The notes under the pieces: model-generated
What the model was told of the DNA's origin: nothing
Seen by the model: the letters and a program-made list of their open reading frames with translations, nothing else
The model's database searches: none
Shown: piece after piece, positions 18,132 through 28,000 of the stretch
How the letters are laid out: every line of letters starts with the position of its first letter
Position numbering within the stretch: the first letter of the stretch is position 1
Made by a program: the position numbers and the translations under genes
Source of the DNA: an uncultured Candidatus Bathyarchaeia archaeon
GTDB taxonomy: Archaea; Thermoproteota; Bathyarchaeia; Bathyarchaeales; Bathycorpusculaceae
Reading direction: 5' to 3'
Length of the DNA stretch: 59,941 nucleotides
NCBI GenBank assembly: GCA_964450845.1
Contig: CAYVGZ010000002.1
Span: 1-59,941, forward strand

Positions 18132-19466
18132 ATGATGAATAAACTGCGCAAATTGGTTGATATTCCATTTGCGCTATATTATCAATTACAATTAAGAAAA
18201 TATCAGTGGAAAGATTTACGTCAAATTGAGCAAGTTCAGTTTAAAAAGTTGAAGGCTATCCTTAAACATGCTTATTATTATGTTCCATATTATCATCGAT
18301 TACTTTCAAATGCAAAAATTAAGCCAGAAGACATCAGAAATTTTGAGGATATGCGAAAAATCCCTTCGATATCCAAACAGGATATACAGAGGAATTTTCC
18401 GGATATGGTGGCAAGAGGCGTTAATATATCTAGACTGCCTTTTGGCGTTACTTCTGGCTCAACTGGTACTCCATTAAAAGTTATCCGCGATTATTTATTC
18501 ACGCGGGGCACAAGTGCTGTTGGTGGCTATATACTCTTCGAGTGCGGCGTGAGAACAAGCGATAATTTTGTAACTGTTTGGGGCAGAGAGTCCGAATCTA
18601 TTCAATGGGGCAAAAAATATGTGAGATTGTGGGGGGCTATAGGTGAGACGGTTGTGCCCTTGTTTCCTCCATTAAAACTCGTTAATGTTTTGCGACTGAT
18701 AAAACCTGATGTTCTGAATACTTTTCCCTCAGTTTTATGTACTTTAGCAAATTATGATGTCTCTGGGATAAATCCTAGAATAGTTTTTACGCAAGGAGAA
18801 TCAGTGACTCAAAATTTTAGGGATATTTGTCAAAAAATGCTCGGGTCAGAGCTGTTCGAAACCTATGGTTCGGTTGAATTTGGTAATTTAGCCTTCGAGT
18901 GTAATGAACATCACGGATTGCATATGATCACTAATAGCGCTCTTATGGAATTTGTTGATGAAACGGGAGAATATGTATCTTCAGGAGAACAAGGAGAAAT
19001 TGTTGTTACCGGATTTTTGAATCATGTTATGCCCTTTATTAGATATAGAATCGGTGATTTGGGAATTCAAACAGATGAGAAATGTGCTTGCGGGAGGTCA
19101 TGGCCCCTTATAAAGAGCATTCAAGGTAGAATCAACGATTACTTGGTTTTGCCTAGCGGCAGAAAAATTTCTTGGTTATATCTTATTCGTGTCCTTCGTG
19201 TCATCTTATACAACAAAATATTCAGAGAAAATGTGTTCACTGTCTCACAGTACCAAATAATACAAGATCGAAAAGACAGAATTATCTTAAAACTCGTGAA
19301 AGGGAAAGAATTCAACCCAGAAATGCTGGAACAAATAAGAAGAAGTTTGAAAAAAGAATTTGACAAATTAGGAGAAAATTTAGAAGTAGTCACACAGATT
19401 GTCGATGAAATTCCAATGGAAAGAACCGGTAAGAGAAGACTCTTAATTTCAAAAATAGCTCAGTAA
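18132..19466 (+). CDS. Phenylacetate-CoA ligase family (CapK-like) adenylating enzyme
   Basis: TSGSTGTP P-loop, YGSVEFG, FIRYRIGD, QGR.ND, GKRR. Confidence 0.9.
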   Translation: MMNKLRKLVDIPFALYYQLQLRKYQWKDLRQIEQVQFKKLKAILKHAYYYVPYYHRLLSNAKIKPEDIRNFEDMRKIPSISKQDIQRNFPDMVARGVNISRLPFGVTSGSTGTPLKVIRDYLFTRGTSAVGGYILFECGVRTSDNFVTVWGRESESIQWGKKYVRLWGAIGETVVPLFPPLKLVNVLRLIKPDVLNTFPSVLCTLANYDVSGINPRIVFTQGESVTQNFRDICQKMLGSELFETYGSVEFGNLAFECNEHHGLHMITNSALMEFVDETGEYVSSGEQGEIVVTGFLNHVMPFIRYRIGDLGIQTDEKCACGRSWPLIKSIQGRINDYLVLPSGRKISWLYLIRVLRVILYNKIFRENVFTVSQYQIIQDRKDRIILKLVKGKEFNPEMLEQIRRSLKKEFDKLGENLEVVTQIVDEIPMERTGKRRLLISKIAQ

Positions 19467-19674
19467 TATAAAGCTATAACCCAAAAATAGTGTATACAGC
19501 GATAAAAGTATGCAGAGATACTTTGTCTTGACTAAAGAAAATTTCTTTGTCAGGACAAAACAAGTAGGACATGGAAAAGCGTGGGTAAGGTTTTGCTTAG
19601 TATAGAATAAAACTATAATAGACTTATAGTATCTAGAATGCACAAAAATATATGGCATTGCGAGGTTTTGAAAA

Positions 19675-20721
19675 ATGGATGTGGGTTTGATTGGTTGCGG
19701 AAGAGTTGCCGAATTACACATGTGTGCCTATAAGCACATACCAGAAGCAAACGTTGTAGCCGTTTCAGACATCAACATAGAGAAAGCTAAAGCTTTTGCC
19801 CAAAAATACCGCCTCAACAAGGCTTTCAAAGACTATACCGAGCTTTTAGAAATGAAAAACCTAGACTTAGTCAGTATATGCACACCTACATCAACACACG
19901 CCGAAATCGCCTGTGAAGCAGCAAAACTTGAAAAAAACATTCTGTTGGAGAAACCCATGGCACGAAGCACCACAGAATGCGACAAAATAATCCACGAAGC
20001 CTCAAAACATAAAGTCAAACTATCTATATCTCATAATCAGCTCTTCCTACCCCCAGTTATACAAGCCAAAGCCATAGTAGATTCCGGAGAATTCAAACTT
20101 TCATACTTTAGGGTTTCAGTAAGAGAAAGCCCAGAACTCATTGGCGCACCAAGCTGGACTATAGCCCCAGAACAAGGAGGCATCCTCTGGGAAACAGGCT
20201 GCCACCCCGCATACCTCCAACTGCACTTTCTGAAAGACATAAACGAAATTTCCGCCATAGGCGAAAAAATAAAACACTCAGTTTACGATGAATTTATCGC
20301 ACTGCTACGTGCACCAAACCAAGCCTTGGGAGTCATTGAAGTTTCATGGCTTGCCAAAAAACTAGAAATAGTATTTGAATTAGCAAGCTCAGACGGTAAA
20401 AAAATCCAAATTTTAGATTTTAACTTTTTTATGAAATATCCAGAAAAACGCACCAGAAGGCTTTTACAAGGCCTCTATTGGGATATGAAAGCAGTTACGA
20501 AAAAATGGGCAAAATTCGCGGTAAATAACATTCACTATCGCCATGTTCTACGAGGCCTACCACAATACATATTGATCAACAAATACATTGACTCCATAAA
20601 AAATGACCTAGACCCTCCAGTAAAACCAGAAGACGGAAGAAATTCAATAGCGCTTCTCGAATGCATCGAACAATCCCTCGACAAAAACCAACCAGTCAAA
20701 ATGAAGAGTATCAGAAAATAA
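19675..20721 (+). CDS. Gfo/Idh/MocA oxidoreductase, subtype B (paralog of 13300)
   Basis: GLIGCGRVA, GGILWETGCHPAYLQLHFL. Confidence 0.9.
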   Translation: MDVGLIGCGRVAELHMCAYKHIPEANVVAVSDINIEKAKAFAQKYRLNKAFKDYTELLEMKNLDLVSICTPTSTHAEIACEAAKLEKNILLEKPMARSTTECDKIIHEASKHKVKLSISHNQLFLPPVIQAKAIVDSGEFKLSYFRVSVRESPELIGAPSWTIAPEQGGILWETGCHPAYLQLHFLKDINEISAIGEKIKHSVYDEFIALLRAPNQALGVIEVSWLAKKLEIVFELASSDGKKIQILDFNFFMKYPEKRTRRLLQGLYWDMKAVTKKWAKFAVNNIHYRHVLRGLPQYILINKYIDSIKNDLDPPVKPEDGRNSIALLECIEQSLDKNQPVKMKSIRK

Positions 20722-20773
20722 CCTCCTGACTTTCTAAACGTTTTATGCATTGTTAGCAACTTGTTTGGAAGAA

Positions 20774-21895
20774 ATGCCCATGAAAGTACTGATGGCCCCA
20801 CCTGGTTTTCATCCTATTAGAGGCGGCACTGAAACCGTAGTTCGGAATCTCTCAGTAGAACTCAATAAAATTGGCGTACACACAGATATCATGACTTTTA
20901 ATATGGACCAAAAATACGCTCCAAAGTGGAGAGGAAAAACCGAAAAAATCGACGGAGTAACCGTGTTTAAAATTCCAGCATTAAATTGGTTGCCAATTGA
21001 ACATTCGCCTAGAATAACCTTAGGAGTCAATCTCATTCCAGGAAGATTTACTAACCTCTTAAAAAAGTATGACATTATACATTTTCATGAAATGGAGCTT
21101 AGCTTCCCTTTATTCTCATTCCTTATCAAGAAACCAAAAGTATTACACTTACATGGGATTAGCATTGAATTTTTCAAACGATATCATCTAAGTAGAATCA
21201 TGTTCAAGCATGTAGCAGACTATTACATCGCAATAACAAGACAAATGGAAAAAGACTTGACCAAACTAGGCATCACTTCAAACAGAATCATATACTTACC
21301 CAACTCGATAGATGTCAACTTTTTTCATCCTAAAGGAGAAAAGGAGGATAATCTACTGTTATATCTTGGAAGGATAGTGCCTGTTAAGGGCTTGCATGTC
21401 CTACTTGAATCTTTACGTTATATAAAGCAATCAACTCGTCTAGTGATAGCAGGCCCCATTGGTAATTTCAAATATTACCAACACATAGCAGAACAGATAG
21501 AAAGAGAAAACAAAAAAGGCAAACACAAAATAACATATCTAGGTACCATTCCGCAACAAGAGCTTATGAGGATCTATCAGGAATCATCAGTCTTTATTTT
21601 ACCATCATTCTGGGAAGCATTCCCGGTAACAATTTTGGAGGCGCTCTCATTTGAAACTCCAGTGATAACAACACCAGTGGGCGGAAACCCAGAAGTCATA
21701 CGAAACTTTGAAAATGGAATACTTGTCCCAGTAAATAACCCTCTAAAGCTAGCAGAAGCGATAAACTTTATGCTAGACAACAAAGACAACAGAACTAAAA
21801 TGGGTCGAAAAGGCAGAGAATTAGTAACAAAAAACTTTTCTGTAGAAGTTATTGCAAGAAGGCTTCGCAAAATCTATCAAGAAATAATTAGCTAA
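20774..21895 (+). CDS. Glycosyltransferase family 4
   Basis: GGTET, LPNSID, EAFPVTILEA...PVITTPVGGNPEVI. Confidence 0.9.
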   Translation: MPMKVLMAPPGFHPIRGGTETVVRNLSVELNKIGVHTDIMTFNMDQKYAPKWRGKTEKIDGVTVFKIPALNWLPIEHSPRITLGVNLIPGRFTNLLKKYDIIHFHEMELSFPLFSFLIKKPKVLHLHGISIEFFKRYHLSRIMFKHVADYYIAITRQMEKDLTKLGITSNRIIYLPNSIDVNFFHPKGEKEDNLLLYLGRIVPVKGLHVLLESLRYIKQSTRLVIAGPIGNFKYYQHIAEQIERENKKGKHKITYLGTIPQQELMRIYQESSVFILPSFWEAFPVTILEALSFETPVITTPVGGNPEVIRNFENGILVPVNNPLKLAEAINFMLDNKDNRTKMGRKGRELVTKNFSVEVIARRLRKIYQEIIS

Positions 21896-21974
21896 TAATC
21901 CATACACACAAGTTATTCTAAGATTTTTAACGGCAGGTAAAGCAATTTACAGATAAGTCTGAGAGGGAAAAATA

Positions 21975-22949
21975 ATGAATGATTATGCTGCCCTCATTAC
22001 TGGTGGAGCTGGCTTTATAGGTAGCCATTTAACTGAAAGATTAACAAGAGAAGGCTATAAAGTTACAATCCTGGACAATTTTTCATCCGGCAACTTGAAA
22101 AACATTAAGCCATTCTCCGATAGCCCCTCACTGACCGTCATTAAAGAAGATTTGAAAAAACCTTCAAGGCTGAATCAAATTGTGGAAGAATGCAAAATAA
22201 TCTTTCATCTTGCAGCAAACCCTGAAGTAAGGGTTGGAGAAATAAATCCACAAGTTCACTTTGAAGAAAACATACTGACAACTTTTAACCTACTTAAGGC
22301 TATACAACATTCAAATACGCCCAAGACAATCATTTTTACCTCAACTTCAACAGTCTACGGAGAAGCCTCACAAATTCCCACACCAGAAAATTACGCTCCA
22401 TTAATTCCAATATCAACATACGGCGCTTCAAAACTCGCCTCTGAAGCCCTAATCACAAGCTACGCACACACTTACAATCACAGAGCACTCATTCTTCGCC
22501 TCGCCAACATCATAGGACCGAAATCTCACGGAGTCATAAGAGATTTCATTAAAAAAATCTTCAAAAACCCAAAACAGCTCGAAATACTTGGTGATGGATC
22601 TCAAGAAAAATCTTATCTGCATATAGAAGATTGCGTTGAAGCAATAATTCATCTAACCAATAAATTTTGTAGAAATAAGAAAAGAGTTGATGTTTACAAT
22701 ATTGGTTCCAGTGACAGAATCACTGTGAAAGAAATCGCAGAAATCGTGGCAGAAGAGATGGAAACGCCAAGCATCAAGTTCAAGTTCACTGGCGGTGTCG
22801 ATGGTGGAAGAGGATGGAAAGGCGATGTCAAAAAAATGCAGTTATCAATAAACAGACTCCTTAAAACAGGCTGGAAACCAAAATACACAAGCAAACAAGC
22901 AGTGAGACTGACAGCAAAGGCTCTAAAAGAAGAAGTATTAAGCTCTTAA
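21975..22949 (+). CDS. NAD-dependent epimerase/dehydratase (UDP-glucose 4-epimerase-like extended SDR)
   Basis: TGGAGFIGSH, HLAANP, TSTSTVYG, YGASK, GWKGDV. Confidence 0.92.
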   Translation: MNDYAALITGGAGFIGSHLTERLTREGYKVTILDNFSSGNLKNIKPFSDSPSLTVIKEDLKKPSRLNQIVEECKIIFHLAANPEVRVGEINPQVHFEENILTTFNLLKAIQHSNTPKTIIFTSTSTVYGEASQIPTPENYAPLIPISTYGASKLASEALITSYAHTYNHRALILRLANIIGPKSHGVIRDFIKKIFKNPKQLEILGDGSQEKSYLHIEDCVEAIIHLTNKFCRNKKRVDVYNIGSSDRITVKEIAEIVAEEMETPSIKFKFTGGVDGGRGWKGDVKKMQLSINRLLKTGWKPKYTSKQAVRLTAKALKEEVLSS

Positions 22950-23006
22950 AATCAAAGGACACATTTTATTAATTTGAGATTGATGCATTGCTACGGAGAA
23001 ACTTGT

Positions 23007-23909
23007 ATGAGCTTAGTAAGTTTCGTCAAAGTCAATCACACACATGATGATTTCTTAAAGCAAGCCATAGCGGAATCTCTAAATTTAATCCATTATCGCC
23101 TTCCAAGTAAATTAGAAAATATTGTTATCAAACCTAACATGTGCTATTATTGGGACTATTCAACAGGTCAAACAACCGACCCAAAATTCGTAGCAGCACT
23201 AATTGATGTACTTCGCGAACAGATCTCACCTGACATAAACATTTCTATTGTGGAATCTGATGCTTCAGCAATGAAATGCAAATACGCCTTCAAAATGCTC
23301 AGCTACGAAGAATTAGCCCAAGATTACAATGTGGAGCTAGTCAATCTCTCAGAAGACGAGAGCAATACGGTTGAAGCAACAGTCGGCGGACAATCTTTCC
23401 GTTTTATGATTCCCCAAACAATACAAAACGCAGATTTGAAAATCAATGTGCCAAAAATAAAATACACAATGGAACCAATAAAACTAACCTGTGCCCTAAA
23501 AAACATTTTTGGCTGCAACCCATACCCAAAAAAGTTCAAATACCATCCCAGACTCGGAGAAACAATAGTTGCCATAAACAAAGCAATGAAATTCAACCTT
23601 CACATAATAGACGGCATCATAGTTTCAGGCATCCAACCTCGCCGATTAGGCTTAGTAATGGCAAGCACAGATCCCGTAGCAATCGACACCGCAGCAGCAA
23701 AAATAGTCGACTTAAACCCAAAAACAATAAAATATCTACAACTTGCAAAAAAGGAAGGCTTAGGAAACACCACTTTTATTCCAAAAGGTGAACCACTAGA
23801 ATATTTCAAATTCCAATACCCTAAAAAGAACCTGAAAGCAAAGCTCTTGAGCAAAGCCTACACTGTCGCCGTCCAAACGGGACTAAGCAAAAAACTCGGG
23901 TTAGAATAG
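23007..23909 (+). CDS. DUF362-domain protein (paralog of 10089)
   Basis: IKPNMCYYWDYSTGQTTDP, TCALKNIFGC, DPVAID. Confidence 0.85.
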   Translation: MSLVSFVKVNHTHDDFLKQAIAESLNLIHYRLPSKLENIVIKPNMCYYWDYSTGQTTDPKFVAALIDVLREQISPDINISIVESDASAMKCKYAFKMLSYEELAQDYNVELVNLSEDESNTVEATVGGQSFRFMIPQTIQNADLKINVPKIKYTMEPIKLTCALKNIFGCNPYPKKFKYHPRLGETIVAINKAMKFNLHIIDGIIVSGIQPRRLGLVMASTDPVAIDTAAAKIVDLNPKTIKYLQLAKKEGLGNTTFIPKGEPLEYFKFQYPKKNLKAKLLSKAYTVAVQTGLSKKLGLE

Positions 23910-23929
23910 AAGCAACAAAGGAAAAGAAA

Positions 23930-24931
23930 ATGGAAAAAATTAGACTAGGACTAATTGGTCTAGGTTACATAGGCAAAATTCACCTTAGACATTGTCAAAA
24001 ACTTGCCAACGCAAAACTGGCAGCAGCTTCAGATCTATCCAAAAAAGCCCTAAAAACCGCAAATGATGCAGAAGTCAAACAAACATACAAAAACTACGAA
24101 CAACTCCTGGAAGATCCAACAGTCGATGCAGTTATCATAGCATTACCCACACATCTACATATGCAATGTGCCAAACAAGCAGCCGAAGCACAAAAACACA
24201 TATTCCTAGAAAAACCGATAGCAAGAAACATCGTAGAAGCAAAAGAAATCATTTTAGCCGCAAGAAAAAATAACGTCAAGTTAATGATGGGTTATCCCTT
24301 AAGATTTAGTCCAGCCTTTTGCAAACTAAAAGAAAGAATTGATGATGGAACATTAGGCGAAATAGAAATTGCCGATGCAGCTTACATAAGCACAGGCCCT
24401 TTCATGCACAGAGCAGAAGCCCACACTCCGCTACCCGTGCCAGAATGGTGGTTCAGAAAGGAGCTAACTGGCGGCGGAGCCCTCATAGACTTGGGTAGCC
24501 ACATAATAAACCTGTTAAGATGGTACTTAGGCGAAATAACAGACATAAAAAGTCATTTTGGATATCGATTCAACCTAGACTTCGAGGACTCAGCCACCTG
24601 TATCGCAAAGTTTGAACATGAAACTTTGGCAGTGATAAACGTCGGCTGGTTCTCTCAAGGTTATCATCTGAAAATAGATCTTCATGGAAGCGTGGGAAGC
24701 TTTTGCGTTAACCATTCGCCTTCCAATCCAATTTCAACGATTATCCAAATGCTGACGAGGGGCTACTCCAAATTTCATGAAGGCCATTTCATAGAACTCC
24801 AACATTTCGTAAATTGCCTAATAAAGGATCAGCCGCCATCACCGTCTGGCGAAGATGGCTTAAAAGACCTGCAAGTAATCGAACAAGCATACAAAAACCA
24901 GATAAGACTAGATCAACCACAAACCGTTTAA
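23930..24931 (+). CDS. Gfo/Idh/MocA oxidoreductase, subtype A (paralog of 9045)
   Basis: GLIGLGYIG, EKP, GPFMH...PVPEWWF...GGGALIDLGSH. Confidence 0.9.
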   Translation: MEKIRLGLIGLGYIGKIHLRHCQKLANAKLAAASDLSKKALKTANDAEVKQTYKNYEQLLEDPTVDAVIIALPTHLHMQCAKQAAEAQKHIFLEKPIARNIVEAKEIILAARKNNVKLMMGYPLRFSPAFCKLKERIDDGTLGEIEIADAAYISTGPFMHRAEAHTPLPVPEWWFRKELTGGGALIDLGSHIINLLRWYLGEITDIKSHFGYRFNLDFEDSATCIAKFEHETLAVINVGWFSQGYHLKIDLHGSVGSFCVNHSPSNPISTIIQMLTRGYSKFHEGHFIELQHFVNCLIKDQPPSPSGEDGLKDLQVIEQAYKNQIRLDQPQTV

Positions 24932-25066
24932 TTTTAGCGCGCTATAGACATTAATCATGTTTTAAGGGACTAAACCCATAGATGAGAAGGCGACAAGTAG
25001 AAGTATTATACATGCATCTTTATATTTTGGGAATAAAAATATGAATTGGGATAAGGGGTAAATGTT

Positions 25067-28000
25067 ATGTTGAACTTGTTCAAGAAATGTTTTCAACGTA
25101 GACTGTTAAGCCTAATTTTGATTGGCATTATTGTTGAAGGTATTGTAGGTTTTGTATACATTCCTCATGTGTCTGGACAGCTTTCAATAACGTTAAAATG
25201 GAGAGAAAATGCTGGTACCGGTAGTACGTGGATTGGTCCGTTGGCAGCTGATTTAAACAATGACGGTCTCATGGAAATAGTTATAACAGGAAAAAGTGGA
25301 GGAGAAGGAAGAATTGCAGCGGTAGATCCAATAAGTGGAAACGTAATATGGTCACAGCCGTACGGAGGCGATCATGTTCCTTGCGAGATCATAGACTTAA
25401 ACAAAGATGACATTCCAGAAATCTTGATGGCTCCCCAGTACATTAATGGATCTTCTGGGGGAGTATTAGCCTTGCACGGAAACAATGGTTCTGTTTATTG
25501 GTACAATCCAAACGCTGGTGGAAAAGGAACGTACATAGCTGTCGCTGACATTAACGCTGACGGATATCCTGAGATCTATGCTGCTCGAGGAGGGAAGATT
25601 ACAGCCCAAACTTATGATGGCAACATATTCGCCTCCATTTGGACTTACTATCCATGTTGGGGCGGAATGACCATAGGGGACACAGACTTTGACGGTGTGT
25701 TTGAAGTTTATTTGGCCGAAAGAAGCGAATCGTATCCCTCGTATCCCTCGGGTGGAAGGGGGCTTAGGGCATTTTGGGCAGATAACCTAACTGAAATATG
25801 GGCTCACCCCGACATCCTTTGTAGTAGTCAAGCCCCGGTTCTTGCTGATGTGGATAAGGACGGAGATCTTGAAATAATCGTGATGCAACAAAGCGGTGGC
25901 GGTTTTGGGGTTATTAATACTGACGGAAGCGTTAACACCTATAATGGAATATACCGCAAACAATTCCGGATTCCGGGTACGACTAGGGGGCACCAGGGGC
26001 TAACAGTAGCCGACGTAGACGATGATGGCAACCTTGAAGCCATACAATGTGGCGACGCAAATCACAACGCGTATCCTCCTGAAATATTTGATCTGGTAGA
26101 CTGGAAACTAGACGCTAAATTACCATTTCCATCTATAGATCCTCCGGCAGTTGCTGATATAGACGGAGACGGAAAACTGGAAATTATAGCAACTAACGCG
26201 CGAAACGTGACTATTTTCAAGTATAATCAAACCGCAGCAAATTATGACATAATATATACCATACCTCTAGCGCGCGCCCAATCATTTTCCATAGTTCAGG
26301 ACATCGACGGTGATGGCAATCTTGAATTAGTTTTCAATCAGTTTAACAGTTGGATTAGCGTCTATGATGTGGAAGCGCCTGCACCAACACCATTACCTCG
26401 GTCTGGATTCTACTTCTACAGCCAATACAGAACAAGAGAAGCAGTTTATGTGCCTTCACCGGAACAGCCGCCAAGAATCTCAGAAATCTTACCTAATGAC
26501 GGCGCAACAAGCGTTTCGGTCTCACTTTCAGAGTTAAGCTTCAAATTGACAGATTACCAAAGTGATCCGATGAACTACACTGTTACAACTAATCCAAACA
26601 TAGGATCAGCCAGCGACATAAACGTACCCAACGGAAAAATAACCATTCCAGTCAGCGTCTTAGCCCCCTCAACAACTTACACTTGGACTGCAACAGCAAC
26701 AGACGGGACACACACAACAACAAGAACCTTCACATTCTACACAGAAGGAAACGTGACCTTAACCATATCAACTGTTGGAAACGGCTCAGTCACTAAAAAC
26801 CCTGACTCTGTAGACAATGTCTACGCCTACGGCACACATGTCCAGTTAACCGCAGTTGCAGACAATATCGTCTACAAATTTTCACGTTGGGAGGGCGACT
26901 TAGCGTGGATGGGTAGCAACAACCCAGCCACAATACTAATGGACGGAAACAAAACCGTCATCGCCGTCTTCACCAAAATCGAATATAGATTAAGAACATA
27001 CGTTTCCCCAGAGGGGAGCGGAATAATAACTCTTAACAATACAGGACTATACGGTCCCCCCTACTATTACTACTACTACGGCGAAGCTGTTCAGTTAACA
27101 GCCGAACCAAACACCGGCTGGTCATTCTCCCACTGGGAGAACGATTTAACTGGCAGCCAAAACCCCGCCACAATAATAATGAACAGCAGCAAAAGAGTGA
27201 CGGCAGTGTTCACGCAAGACCACTACACATTAACAATAACTGTCATAGGAAATGGCAACGTAACAATCGAACCATACAAAACAACATACACCTACGGTGA
27301 AAACGTAACATTAACAGCCACAGCTGATCTCGACTGGACATTTGCAGGTTGGAGCGGCGATGTCTCAAGCAACGAAAATCCGATAACTATTATGATGGAT
27401 AGCAACAAATCTATAATAGCGAACTTCACGTCGGCAAATTACCACACATTAACCATTTTCACAATCGGTAATGGCACAGTAAACAAAAACCCAGACTATG
27501 CGGTCTATGCTCACGATGAAAACGTAACATTAACAGCTATACCAGACGCAGGCTGGAAATTTGTTGAATGGAGCGGTGATCTTACAGGTAAAGACAGCGA
27601 AGCCATAATAACCATGAACAGCAGCAAAGTTGTGACAGCAACATTCACTCCGCTGCAGTACACTCTGTTTTTAAGTGTAAATGGAAACGGCCAAATAATC
27701 AAGACCCCAGATCAAGGAACATACGCGTATGGCACAGTTGTCACTTTAGAAGCCGTTCCTTATCTAGGTTGGACCTTTACTGGTTGGGGCGGAGACCTAA
27801 ATGGAACCACTAATCCAACCACGATTGTTATTACTGACAACAAAACTGTTTCTGCAACCTTCGCTCAGCAGGAATACACGTTATCCATTCATGTTGACCC
27901 ACCGGAGGGCGGCTCAGTAAATATCAATCCAGTAGGAACATACGACTACGGCGACACAGTTCAGCTTGAAGCTGTACCCACAAGTGGCTGGTACTTTGCA

